DNA from: Bilabrum cf. latius
Lineage: Eukaryota
DNA length: 64,000 nucleotides
Assembly (NCBI GenBank): GCA_965178125.1
Contig: OZ237750.1
Span: 868,001-932,000, forward strand
Reading direction: 5' to 3'
Under the pieces are notes generated by a model, which was not told the origin of the DNA, searched no databases, and saw only the letters and a program-made list of their open reading frames with translations. Below, one piece after another: positions 13,701-31,560 of this stretch; within the stretch, counting starts at the first letter, position 1; the number at the start of each line of letters is the position of its first letter. The position numbers were made by a program, and so were the translations under genes.

Positions 13701-16700
13701 CCTTCGTTTCGCATAGGCTCCGGCCTCCCCCGCTTCTGGGCTCTAGCAGCTCGCTTCGCGTGCTTTCTGGACTTGCGGCGGCCCCCACCAGACGTTGACC
13801 CTTTACCTTTCCCATATGCGGAACCCTTTTTGCCGCCAGCCGATCGGCGGCGCTGTTTCTATGGCGTGAGAGGACCGCTGGCGGCCGATCGTGCGTCGTC
13901 GTCGCCGTCGCACATCTCGGCAGAACCTTCAGTCGCCTGCGCCACCAGAGCCGCAGCCATGTCTCCCAGCGGTGGAAGATCGTCCCCTGCGGCCTCAGTG
14001 GCGTCTGCGTCGACTTGCCCCGTGCTAGGTGCAACCAGACTGGTCCCAACAATCGCGGATGCCTCATCTGGGGCCGAGCCCTTTCTCGCTGCCTGCCTTG
14101 CCTCTCTGCGGCGCTGCTGCTGGGCCTTTCGCTTCGCTTTCTTGTCAGCCTTGCGTTGCTCGGCAGTCATATCGCCGGACTTCCTGCGATTCTTCGCGTT
14201 CCGTAGCGCCTGCTTGACCCTGTCCTCTGGAGACCAGAGCGCCTTGCCCCCTGACGTATCCGTGACCGCCCGCCGGGCAATTGCGTTCTCATCTAGGTCG
14301 TCGTCTGCTTGCTATGAGAGCATCAGGGGCGGCGGCAGGCTACTAACTGCCACTCCCAGCATGGGCGGAGACGGCGATGGCATGGCGCGCGCTGCCGGAG
14401 ACTGGCCCGGGGTGGCGCTGCCGCCGCCAACTGAAGAGGACCGGCGGTCGGATGATGCGCCCAGCCCTGAGGACGGACGCCGCCCTGGCGTCCTGGAACG
14501 CGCGTCCTCCTCGGCTGCCTGCTCAGCAGCGATGGCCTCCCTCTCTTCAAGCGTCCCAAACTGCGCCTGGATCTCACGCTCCCTCTCTCTTTGCTAGTCT
14601 CTCAGCTTCTGCTGCGCGCGCTCGGCGGCTCGCCTATCCCGCTCACGCCGCCGCGCCCCTTTCACTTTCTTCTTCGCTGCCTTGCCTCTCCCTTGCTTGC
14701 CGTGGCTACCTGGCGCGCCGTGAGTGCGGCTGCCTTCATCGCTGAAGACGTCCACATGCTTAGCGAGTCCAGTGTCAGGCCAAAGTCGCAGCTGCCAGTC
14801 ACGGTGCCTTCCAAGCACCATGTCGACGTCGCCCGCAGACTTGCTGTCTCGATAGCTTCTAGCTCCATCTCCGTCACCAATACCCCCCTCCTTTGCAGAG
14901 CCGCTCGATGCAGAGGACTGCGATTCCGTGCTATACTTGCGGCGGGCTCTGAGCGGCAAACCATCGTCCAGTCGGCTGCCAGTGGGGTGGCGCGAACTGG
15001 GTCCAGCGCTGCGGTCGCTGTCTGGCTCGCTCAGAGACATCGTATCCGATAGCCCTGGGGCGTTCGATCTCGCAGGCGCCAATGCTAGCCCACCCGTGCC
15101 TTCTTCACTGCCACCTGCCGATGCCGTTGAGCGCGGGTCTGTAGCGACTGTTGACGATGCACTCATGCTGGTAGTTGTATCCTGCCTGTCTTCCTCCAGC
15201 GCCAGCATGACGCTGCGCAGCCTGGAGTGCCCGTGCAGCGCGACACCACTCGCCATTGGCCTGAACTCAGCGGCGGCAAGCAACGCCGCTTGCGAGGCTG
15301 CAGACTCGGCCTTTGCCGTTGCTATTGTATCTGCCTGCGCCTCGATGGAGCCTGAGCGCAGTGACTCAACGTGCTAGTCAGCACGCCTGTCTAGCGTGCG
15401 CCGCAGTCTCTTCAGTCTGTCCATCGTGCGCTTGGGGAGGCCAGCCGGAGGCGAAGTACCCGGTGTCGACGACAACCCGATAGGTGCGGCCAGCGCCAGG
15501 TGAGATTGCTCCGCCCATTCGAAATCGGGCTTGTTCATTGCACCGTGGGACGACCTTTGCGGAATATCTCCATCGACTGCCCGGCTTCCATCTCCTGCTG
15601 CAGGCGACTTTTGGCTTGCGACAGACACCGATGCGAGCCTGTGAGAGTGCTACTGCTCTGCGCGGAAGGCTGCCGTGGGATGGAGCTCTCCCAGCTAAAA
15701 CTCGGTGGCATCCTGCAGCGACTGGGGCAGCGGAGCGCGCAGGTCTGCGATATCTCCAGACTGAGCTCGCCCAGTCGGTGGCCCCTGCGCGGCCTCCGAT
15801 GGGGTTGCAGATGGAGCCGCCGCTTTCCCGCCCTCTGACCCACTCGAGTCGTCGCTGTCTCCGTCAGAGTCCATGGTAAGAAAGTAGGCCATGCCCGACT
15901 CTTGCCTCCGAGGGTCAGTGTACTGCTGCCGGAGCCCCCGCTGTCGCTTGGCCTCGATCGCGGAGGAGAGAAGGTCGCTCTGCAGCGAGGGAACACGGCC
16001 AATGCGCTCCGCCTAAAATCGAAGGAGTGATTGACGGACGAGCGCGCGGCCGCCCGAGTCCAGCCGGCGACGTTGAGAGCTGCCGTCGCCAGACACAGCA
16101 GAGTCTGCCGACATTTTCCTGCGCCTGTCCTTCCTACCAGAATGCCCCTGCGAATGCCCCAATCTATCCGCCATTCTGCTGTGGCCCCCTCCACAATCGA
16201 TCGAGCTGCTAGTCCCGGACCCCTGGCGGTAATAGCCAAACGCTGCTCCGATTCGAGGCACAGCCGGAGCTACCGCCACCGGGGTGCTCTGTCCGCTGGG
16301 GTGGCAGGCCATCTCGGGATCAATGCTCGGCGCATCGCCTGCGTGTGACGAGTGCTGATCCGACCCGCCACCGCCGGCATGACTCGCTGCAATGGCTGCA
16401 TCTCGCTTCAGCGCGAGCCAGCTGGCGTGGCCCGGCCTGTAGCGCGGCCACGGCTGGCTCCTTAGACGCATGGCGGCCTTGCGCTGCTTCCCGGACAAGC
16501 TAGTTGACGCTCGGTGAGGCCGCTCCGTTGAGGGTGGCAGTGTGCTCGCGAGCACGCTGGATTGTTCCTGTGGGGTGCTCGACGCGGGAAGGCTTGGGGG
16601 TATTTGGCTGTCCCGCATCGCCAGCACGGATCCTCGCGCGACGTGGGCCTCCGCAAGGCCCGGGCAATTCGGCGGCTCCGACGGCCACACACCAGCTTGG

Positions 16701-17254
16701 CCCTTGGATGACAGACCTACGATGGTTCCATCATCGAATAAGTGAATGCGGGGAAATGCCCCCGCAAATGGTGCAGGCTGAACCGATGCACCAAGGGCGA
16801 TGTCGAGCGACGGAATGGCATCAGCGTGTTCCGAAGTGGGGTCCTCATGTGGCCTCGAGCGTGATGGTTGCAGCAAGCGAACTGGATCAGCCCCAAGGCT
16901 ATCAATCGATACATCTCCTCTCAGGAGCAGCCGAAACGCTTTCCTAGAAACCTGCAATGAGGCCAAGGTGCACAGGACGACAGCAGTGCATCTCCGCTGC
17001 CGGTGCAGGGGCAGTAGCTTGGCACCAGAAATCACGCTCACGAATTGATATGCAGATAAGTTTCGAATCAGAGGTGCCGAATCTACGATCCGTCTGTGGA
17101 ATCGCGAGCAAGAAATCAAGTCCCAGATTCGACTGTCTCCGAGCACCGTTCTCGCGAATGCTGTGCACGTGGATCCTACATTTCCGAGAGACACAGGGTC
17201 AAGATACTCCAATATTGAATATGCTAGCTCCGTCTGCCCAAATATTCCCTCCAT
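10799..17254 (-). CDS. Large F-box / WD40-repeat protein, about 2151 aa, apparently intronless
   Basis: N-terminal F-box-like segment (ELAYSILEYLDPVSLGNVGSTCTAF..IW). C-terminal WD40 repeats (YRDHRAAVTCIDV, VVSGDMAGHVHVW, IAAGGAHGTLGIW, QSHDARVTCLAIDSYRAISAGADGACRVYD). One frame with TAG at 16013, 15695, 15650, 15374, 14594, 14312, 13859, 13619, 12803, 11996, 11294, 10889 and 10817; ends at TGA 10799-10801. Confidence 0.78.
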
Positions 17255-17352
17255 TTTGAATGGAAAGGCTCGGTATTCTCGGCAACCCCAACTGCTTTCA
17301 GAACCGCACCCAACAAAAGCAACAGTTGCAGGAGGGCATTTTTTGCCTCTAA
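17255..17352. promoter_or_regulatory. Putative bidirectional promoter between the F-box/WD40 and TPC genes
   Basis: 98-bp AT-richer gap between divergent start codons; no specific motif identified. Confidence 0.45.
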
Positions 17353-20300
17353 ATGGATGAAGATAGCCCTATCGAATGGTGTGGCAGGCATGGGCTTGAC
17401 TTATTGTGCTCATGCTGTCGCAAACCATCCCAATCGAGCCCTTCTAGGGTGCGGAAGGCTGTTCTTTTCATTCGGAATGCCCATCACGGCAGGCCCCCAG
17501 CAGAGCCAACTGCACTGTCACTGCAGGCCCGATCCGTCTATCATCACGCCGCATACCGACTAATTTATATGCTTGTTGCCGCGCTTCATTGTGCTTTGGC
17601 ATTCGTTGAACCGCCAGGCCCAAGACGATCGGTGTTTCCAGCATGGTCGTTGCTATTGCTGGAATTTGCAGCGCTAGCTGTGTATGCTTTCGACCTCGTG
17701 ATTTAGCGGCTCTATTTAGGGCACGACCTGTTCATGTAGAAGCGGTGAGGTGCTATTTGAGGTCGTCTTTGTTTCGTCTTCAGCACATGAAGCGTATCTG
17801 CTCCTGGCTCCTGCATTGTGTTGAGTTTCATTTCGCAGCTGGGCTGTCGCGAAGATGGCTCTGATTCCAGTCCTAGCAATTAATGCCGTAATTGTGGCTA
17901 GTGTTCCGTCCGGTAGCTACGTGAACATCGTCCGGGCGGTGCGGCCGGTAATGCTCATTGAGAGGATGCGAAATGTTCGCCGCATTTGTGGGAACATAAT
18001 TAACATGATACCGAAAGTGACGAACGTCGGTATTTTGCTGGCGATGCACAACATTTTCTTCGGAATCATGGCCTACGTTTTGTTCGCGGGCATAGATGGC
18101 GACAATTGCCAGGCATTCCCCGATGTGAGGCGGGTACAGCAGCGCGGGGCGTTTGGCCGAGACGGGCCCCCTTGCTCCACGTTCCTGCCGGCGAGCTGCT
18201 CCGATTACTTCTCCAGCCTCACCGAGAGCATGTGGCAACTGTTCGTCTTGACCACGACTGCGAATTTCCCCGACGTCATGCTGCCCGTGTACTCGTGCAA
18301 CCCCCTCTCGGCGTGGTTCTTCGTCGTGTACTTCCTCATAGGCGCCTCATTCCTCCTCAACCTCACGCTGGCGGTGGCTCTGGACGAATTCAAAGCCCTG
18401 ACGAAGCGCAAGGTGCTTGATCGGTACGACAGCATGTTCCTCGGCTTCGACATGGGCTACAGGGAGCTGCTCCTAGAGGCGGGGGCAATCGGGGGGCCCG
18501 CACACAGGCCCAGGGCGAGCAACCCGGAGCCGAAAGAAAGCAAGAGGAACGCCTCCAGGCTGATGTCCTCTCGTGTGCTGGACGACCTGGAGAAGAAGGT
18601 GGACGGCGAGATCGCGAAGGAGGCCTCGTCCTCGTCCCTGTCGGGAGGCAGCCGGGGCCGGAGCAGTGCAGGCAGTGGCAGTAGTGGCGGGGCGGATCAA
18701 AGAGGTGTTGCGGGGGAGGCCTCCGCGAGCGCAAGCACGAGCACGCACAATCCCGTAAACGGCGCAATGGGCGGTCAGCAGCACGAACCGCGGAATCCGG
18801 GCCAGAACCGTCCTCCGCTCGAGTCCGTGGCATCGATGGGCTCCACCCTGTCGAGAAGCACTCCGAGGCAGCAGCTCGACCCAGGGCTCGAGAGAGATCA
18901 GTTCGTGCGATTTTTCACGGAGCTGAGGCAGGAAGCATCGAGCGATTTTGCGGGCCTTCTGTTCGATGCCGTTGACGAGAGGAAAGAAAGGAGGATATTC
19001 GTGCATCAGTTCCGGCGGATGATGCTGTGGTTTGCACCGTTGTCGTTCAAGGAGGCGCCCAAAGCGTCTCCGAGGCGGGCGGGGGCTGCATGTGGTGCGA
19101 GTGGTGCAGATACGGCTGGGCAGCAGCAGAGCGATCTGAGCGAGTAGAAGAGTGCGACTTCTAGTAGCAGCGGCGTTGCTGCGAGGCCGCCCCAGTTGCC
19201 GAAATAGTCAGTGCGAGCCGGTGCCAGCGTGCAGGAGTGGGGCCCCAGGAGTCCGCGAAAGGCTGCGCAGGTTGCACGTGCTGGAGGTGCGGCGGAGGCT
19301 TCATCGTTGGCTGGCCATGGTCACGCGCCCTAGAATGCAGCATCGGCTGACTGCAAGCCCGGCATGGTGGAGAAAGAGCGAGATAGCCGTGTCCGCGGTG
19401 CAGCGGGGGTGCTCGAGATTGGCAGGGTCGACAGCCTGCACTTGGAAGGGGAAGGACAGGGCGCATAGTCGGCTGCATCGGGTAGACAGGGGTGCTTTGG
19501 TGCCGTTTGGAGCAGGATCTACCGCGCTGCTACGTCGCCATCGTACAGCGACACTGGGATCGGCGAGGACGCGGCCTTTGGAGGACCTCTGGTGGGGTAC
19601 GAATCTGCCGTGGCGGCAGTGTATGGCACGTGCAGCCTTCCGTGGTTCCGAGCTGTCCTGTCGCAAAGGTGGGTCATGTGGTTCTTCGACTTTTTCGTTC
19701 TCTTGAATGGGATCTCTGTGGTAGTAGAGCTGGGTCTAGAGCGGGATGTTGACGCGTAGGATTCTGCGCAGCAGCGTACTCTAGACGGGCTGCAGGCACT
19801 GCAGTACTTTACGCTTGCAATTTTCCTGTTTGAGGTGACGCTTGGGCTTGTGGTTTGGTCTCCGCTGCGGTACTGGAAGCTGAGCAACTTCAACAAGCTT
19901 GATGTTTGCCTCGCAATCGGCTCGCTGGGTGTCCTCATTTACGAAGCCTCCCGGGGCGACGAGGGGCAGGCGAGCCAGGTGTCCGGTGGGCTGACCTTCT
20001 TCCGCATGCTGCGCCTGCTGCGGGCTCTGCGCGTGCTGCCTGGATTCATGCTCATGGTGGAGAGCCTGTGGGACATCACGACCGTGATCATGCACTACAT
20101 GCTGGTGATAGGCGCTGTGTACTACGTGTTCATTATCATCGGAATGGAGTGCTTTTCCGGTGCGCTTACTAGCGAGAACCCCGACGTGGCAGCCAGCGCG
20201 TACGGGCAGGATGGGTTTGAAACGCTCACCTTCGACTCTGTGCCGGAGGCGTCGGTGGTGCTCTTCTACCAGATGGTGGTCAACAACTGGGTCATCATCG

Positions 20301-21154
20301 CAGATGGGTTGTGTGCCGCATTCCAGAACAGGTGGCCGAGGCTGTATTTTTCGGCATTTTATGTGGTGACGGTCGTAATCGTGCTCAACATGCTCCTGGC
20401 GTTCATCATCGAGAGTTTCAGCGTGCAGAAAGAGAGGCGAGAACGAGCCAGGCAGTATTTTGGACGGAAGGCGCTGCAGAAGCTCGATCGCTTGCACCGG
20501 CTCTTGTACAAGCTGCAGCGAGCCAAGGACGACCGTTCAGAGCCGGCCACTAGGTCTCTCCAGTCGCAGCGGCAGGTTGAGGTGCTCGCGGAGCGTCTGG
20601 CAGACGCCACCACGGACTACTACGGCGCGACCTCGATGGAGCCGCCCACGGTGGGTAGCACAGAGACATTCCCGGACCCCGAGTCTGACAACTGGCCCTC
20701 CATCCGACCCAGGGATGACGAGGGTGGCCTTGAAGACGATGCGGACGACGGTGATAGCACGATGGCCATCCGCCCCGCGAGGCCCACTGCACTCTCTGCG
20801 CCAGTCGGTGGCGGCCACGGTCAGCCGCAGCTGCGGCGCGCGGTGTCCAAGGACGACATGCTGCGGATGCTGAGGAGGCCCTCGGTGCAGCCCAGCAAGG
20901 TGGACGGGTCCGGATTCATCCCGCTGCGGCGCACGCAGAGCTCCGCCACGGAGGAGGCAGAGCAGCTCAATGCCGCCGTGCTGGCCGCGCAGGAGGAGAA
21001 GACGGGGGAGGAGTGGCGCGTGGTGCTCTCTCGATCCGGCCTGGATTTCTCCGGGTGGCGCATCTGGAGGGAGCCGCGGCCTTTCGACTTGTACGACTCT
21101 CTCTTCCGAGAGACGATCCGTACCAAGTACCCGCAGACCTTCGGGAAGTTGTGA
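17353..21154 (+). CDS. Two-pore cation channel (TPC family); exons 17353-17744 and 17839-21154, about 1235 aa
   Basis: Two 6-TM domains. Pore motifs LFVLTTTANFPDVMLP and LFYQMVVNNWVII; S4 segments VRAVRPVMLI and FFRMLRLLRALRVL. Intron 17745-17838 (GTGAGG..cgcAG). In-frame TAG at 17704, 17737, 19145, 19205, 19331, 19466 and 19757; ends at TGA. Confidence 0.9.
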
Positions 21155-21367
21155 GGGTGGCACTTTGATCCGATGCGGGGACAGGCTGCCCGCTGGATGA
21201 GCGGCCCGACCTGGATCTAGCTAGTCTGGTCGGCGCGGCACGGACTTGTCGAACCATCCTACTGCTCGCTGGTGTGCTGCTTTTGCATGGGCATGTGGGT
21301 GGATGACTGCGTGATCCGTCATATTGGAATTGTTGTCAGACGCTTGTGCTCGGTGCATGGATCCAAT

Positions 21368-23029
21368 TCATGAAAACCACTCTGACCCTGCCTTGACCGC
21401 CCATGAGACCGCGTCTTGCGCCGCTGCTCCCACCAATGCAACAGGGTCATCCGGGTCTGCTTCAGCTGGCCTTGCAGCGCCACTTCTCCTGCCTTGATCT
21501 CCACCACCCTCGCCGCTGGCACCCCTTTCCGCGCTGGCGGTTCTCGGCTTCGAACCTCCCGCGCTGGCCCTTGCCCCCTCTGTTCCAGGATACGGAAGCG
21601 GGCTACCGACCCCGGCACTGGGATCCTGCTCGCCGCCCCTCGCCGCGCCCCCTGCTCCATCTCGCCGCAGAGCCTCGGCCATGAATGCCCTGGTCACCCC
21701 CAGCTTCCTCGCCGCCTGCACCAGGCCGCGCCTAGGCTGCATGGCGAAGGTGGTGGTGCTGGCCGCCGCAATCTCTGCCTCCCTAGACACGGCAACTGGA
21801 CTCGAAGCTGGGCTTGATCCCGCGACTCCTGCGGCACCAGCAGCGCCCCCGCGTGCAGAAGCAGCAGATGCAGCCGCTCCCACCCGGGAGTCCGGTCCGC
21901 CCCTAGCTGCTCCGCCCCCGCCCCTGCCGCCTCGGAGCTCGGCGGCCGACTCTGCCCGCCTAGCGTCCACGCGATCGACGACGGACCAGTGCTGCATGAA
22001 CGACTTTATGACCATCATGGTCTCGGAGAAGTCTTTGCCCTCCATGCAGGGCCACAGCTCGATCATCATCTGGGTCGCGATGGCGTAGGCGGCGGGCCAG
22101 CCCCCCTCTAGCATGTAGGTCCACGCGTCGTCCAGCTCCTCGCCGCGGAGTGGGAGGCCGAACAGCGACAAGAACCACTCCACGTACAATGCGGGCCTGA
22201 TTTCTAGCCGGTCGAAGTGGGCGGCGATCCTCGGCGCCACAGCGCGCAGCACTGCCGCGTGCTCGCGGTACAGCCGCTCAACTCCACACAGATTGGCACC
22301 AACGACCGAGCGAAGATTCAGGCCTGGACCGTGCATGATCCTACAGAACAGCGCAAATGCCATCATTTGCTGTGACTCGTCTGCTTTGTCGCCGCCGAAA
22401 GCTTGCAAGCACCTTGCTGCAACGAAGGACATCCCTTGCACGTAGCCCACTTCTGGGTCGTGCTTTGCGTAAATTCGCAGCAAGTGTCGGACGCGATCAC
22501 GACCTGCCACGGTATCCATGCTACTACAGGGTGCAGTGCGTGGTACGTCCCGCTCAATCGTCTCGAGCGAGCTCTTGAATGCTGCCAATGCTTCTGCACT
22601 TAAATCTCCTTCTCGTGTCCAAGCAGCCCTTTCGAGGCGTGGAAGAGACAGTTCGCTGCTTGGAGAAGCTGGTACATCTGCTTCAAGTCCCACTGCAATG
22701 ATTTCACGGTGCCTTTTTGCAAGCGCATCGATGGGTGGGCCACCTTTGACGGTGAGATCAAGCCAAACAGAAGCTCTCCCTCGCCCGACGTCACGCTAGA
22801 CTTCTGCCTCCGTAGCGTCTCTTGTTCTATGCTTTGATGCTTCGCTAGGGCGCGATTCAACCGCCCCAGGCCTCACTGCTCCGCTGCGTCGCTGCCTGCT
22901 ACGAGAACGGCGAGGTTTTCTGGGGTTTCCTGCGAACGCAAAAGCTGCCAATGCAGTGCCTACTACGGCGGCGGCACCAACCACACCAATGGCAATCAGT
23001 TTACCCGTATTATCACGCCGACCGCTCAT
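21368..23029 (-). CDS. TBC-domain Rab GTPase-activating protein with an N-terminal hydrophobic anchor, about 553 aa
   Basis: Catalytic motifs IERDVPRT (IxxDxxR) and GYVQGMSFVA (YxQ), plus YVEWFLSLF. ORFs 22796..23029 and 21368..22693 are in frame and joined by TAG 22796; ends at TGA. Confidence 0.88.
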
Positions 23030-23139
23030 TGCTCTTTTCTAGGTGTGAGGGACTGGCCCGGATTGACCGGTCGCGCCCGGAACTCACCGCGAAAGCTCGA
23101 AAACTTTCTTCATCTTCATAGTTGATTTGGACATAACCC

Positions 23140-23187
23140 CGTCCGGGCACCCGGGGGGAGCCATGGCTCCCCCCGGGTGCCCGGACG
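23140..23187. repeat. Perfect 48-bp palindrome (24-bp arms, no spacer), intergenic
   Basis: cgtccgggcacccggggggagcca | tggctccccccgggtgcccggacg; the right arm is the exact reverse complement of the left. Confidence 0.95.
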
Positions 23188-23399
23188 ACGAAGCGGGCGA
23201 ATCGAAGACGAGGCAGCTTGGATCCCGCTCGCCAACCCCGACTCGGTATCACCGCGCCTCGCCTCGGGGTCCCCCTCTCGTGCCGAACCGTGGGAACCCC
23301 CCCCCTAAAAAAGCTTTGCCAGATGTTAGTATTCAGAATTGAAGTAGTATGGTATCAAACAGATGGCACTGCAGTCCCCGCAATGAAAAGTAGAGACCC

Positions 23400-28742
<5,343 letters not shown>

Positions 28743-28879
28743 ATTCGGCAGCTTTGGGAGGCGAGCGTTTGCCGCCAAACCGAAACAATGCATTTCATCG
28801 TTTTGCACCTTACAAAAGTGTACGGACAAGCAATCTTCGATTCAAATTTAGAAAGCACTGCTTCGCCCTTGGACTAAAG
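28743..28879. promoter_or_regulatory. Putative bidirectional promoter between the formin and DNAAF4 genes
   Basis: AT-rich gap of 137 bp or less between divergent start codons; no specific motif identified. Confidence 0.45.
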
Positions 28880-31205
28880 ATGCCAATTAAACCTAAGTAT
28901 GAGTGGACGCAGTCGGAGAGGGAAGTGGTAATTAGCGTTTTTATTCCCGGGGCTTCTCCCGATACCACATCCGTTGAATGTGAGTTGCAGTTGGACCGAA
29001 CCCTCACGACTACGACGTTGTGTCCGTTGCGCGCGATCAAAGTTAGATGTACTTATATGTATGTGCACTGCAGGCGGCGATGTGGCTCTGAAGGTGAACT
29101 CTCCCCCGAGTTACTTGCTCGTGGTGGACCTCCTCGAACCTGTGGACGCCAACGCGGCATCAGTTGAATTCTAGGGAGGTACCGTTCGAATAACACTGGC
29201 AAAACGCAACGTGGTTGCGTGGTCTGACTTGTCAATGAAAGGTTTAAGTCCAGCTGATCTTCGCGAGCGCCGGACAGCCTCGCTTGAGAAGGCCAGGCTG
29301 GCCCAGCTGGCTGAGGCAACGGCGCGACGCACTAGGAAACGTGCTGAGAAGGACTTGGCCTTTCGGGAGCAAATGGAGGTAGAAAGAAAGGAGAGAGATC
29401 ATTTGGACGAAGAGAAGCGTATCGAGAAGAGTCGGGCAGAGGCCGAGGTCTTTGAGACTCTCGGCAGCAGGGGCGCAGCCATCGGAGGGGAGACAACCTC
29501 GCGAGAAGCCTCGTCAACCAAATCCGGCAGAGACATATTTAAATCGGATGAAACTGCGCACGCACATGGGGGCTCGTAGTCGGCATCCGTTGCCGAGCAG
29601 CAGGATGCAACCGCTGACGACGTGGTGTACATCCCGGCGCCCCGCGGGGCTTCGGCTGCCGGCAATGCTGCGGTCACGACCCGCAAGGTAGCGATCGGAT
29701 TCTCTCGCCGCGTGTTCCCCACACCCCAGCGCGCCTCCCGGGCCAGACAGGAGGCGGACTGGCTCGCGCGGAACCAGCACCTTATCGATGCGCGGCGCCG
29801 CGCCGAGGCCGCCAGGCGCGGCGAGATCACGGACGGCGGCACCAAGTTTGTCAATGGATCCGAAAGTGCATCCGCATCTGGCTCAACGGACATATCACAC
29901 AGGGATCCCGCCTGGCTGAAGGACAAGGGCGACGACCTGCTGCGGGGAGGGGACGCGAGGAGCGCGGTGAACGCATACACGGCTGCCCTCGACATCGACC
30001 CTGCCCTCAGGGCTGCACTCGGCAACCGGGCGGCCGCCTGCCTGCGGCTAGGGCTGGCTGAGGCGGCTGCCAGGGACTGCACCACCGCAATGATGCTCTT
30101 GCCCACCCCGAGGGAGCCCCCCGCTCCCCCACTTCCTCCAGTTAGCCTGCCCGCGCTGTCCCTGCCTAGCCCTGCCACCGGAGAGGAAGAGAGCAAGGGC
30201 AAGAGCAGTGGCAGTGGAAGCGGCAGTGCCAGCACACCCGCACCCACCCCCGAGCTGCTCTGGGAGCGCGAGGCCCTAGACCGCGCGCAGCGGGCGGCGG
30301 ACTGCCTCGAGGCTCTGCTGGATGGAGCCGAGCAGGAGGTGGTCGGGAGAGGCAGCGGACAGGGCGGTTCCGGGGTGCCCGGTGGGCTGCGGCGTCCAGG
30401 CGTGCTAGGGGCTGACTCTGTGGAATCGGAGAAGCTGGGGCTGGTGAAGCTGCTGGCTCGGCGAGGCACGGCCCACTGCAAATGCGGTGATTTCTTGCGC
30501 GCGCAGGCGGATTTCCACGCGGCCTCAGACGTGGCGGGGCGGTGTGAGGCTGAGGAGGTGCGCGCCAAGGGTCCCATCTTGGAGGAGGACGCGAGGAGGA
30601 TGGGCGTGCTGGCCGACTGTTCCCTGCAGAAGGGCGAGGGAGACGCGGCGCTGAGGAGGGGGGCCGTGGCGGAGGCGGAGCAGGCGTACGCCAAGGCCCT
30701 GGAGCTGGAGCCCGCCTTCGTTCCCGCGCTGGTGAACCGGAGTGTGCTTCGGTCGCGGCATGGGGCCTGGGAGGAGTGCAGGGTGGATTGCACCGGGGCG
30801 CTCCGGGCACTGGGGGTGTCTTCGGACGACAGGCCACTGGCGGTGCAGTTGGAGGCCAGTGGGAAGGAAGGCACGCGGGCGGATTTCGTCCCGGGCCCCG
30901 GCTCCACCCGGCTGCGTGCGTGGCTCCTTGGGGCCCTGCTGAGGCGGGCGCAGGCACTGGTGAAGCTGGGTGAGCTAGCCGAGAGCCTGAGCGACTTCCG
31001 TCGGGCTCTGGAGCTGGATCCTTTGAATCCTAAGGTGCAGGCGGACATGCAGAGGGTGTAGGGCGCCATGGTGGTGGAGGAGGAGGTCTCCGAGGAGATG
31101 CTGCAGAGGATGAAGCAGCAGGAAGGGGAGGGAAGCGAAAGTGGTGGGAAAGGGACAGGGACTGGCTTGTCTGGGGCTGCTGCAGGGTTTGCAACGGCTA
31201 GTTGA
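28880..31205 (+). CDS. DNAAF4: Dynein axonemal assembly factor 4 (DYX1C1-like; CS domain plus TPR); exons 28880-28979 and 29074-31205, about 743 aa
   Basis: N-terminal CS domain (MPIKPKYEWTQSE..LKVNSPPSYLLVVDL), coiled coil, signature IPAPR...IGFSRRVFPTP.R....QEADWL, DPAWLKDKGD and TPRs. Intron 28980-29073 (GTGAGT..tgcAG). TAG at 29172, 29577 and 31059; TGA at 31203-31205. Confidence 0.88.
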
Positions 31206-31560
31206 TTGAGCCATTCATAAAAGTCCCGGGAAATAATTCAAATCAACCACGCAATTTAAGCGGCAGTCGTCGAGACGAACCACGATTCTGACCGTTAGCG
31301 TGTGGTTTCAATTTAATCGGAAATCAACGGACACGAGACCCACCGAATACGTCGTGATTCGGTGTCATTCCGTGAAGCGTTTGCCGACGAAAACATTTAA
31401 TTTCAGTATTTGTAGATCTTGATTCCGGCAAAGTCTCTTCAGACGGATCTGGAAGGGAGCAGCGGTGATAGTTTGGTGCACCGGGGACGTTACCCTCAGT
31501 TGCATTCCATACCTGAATACGGCAGACTTTTTTACCAAACGCTTATCCAGCGCGTGAATC

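Noticed and set aside
21206-21233. Imperfect hairpin ccgacc...ctagctag...ggtcgg after the TPC stop
   Set aside because: Short and bulged; not distinguishable from chance in GC-rich DNA.
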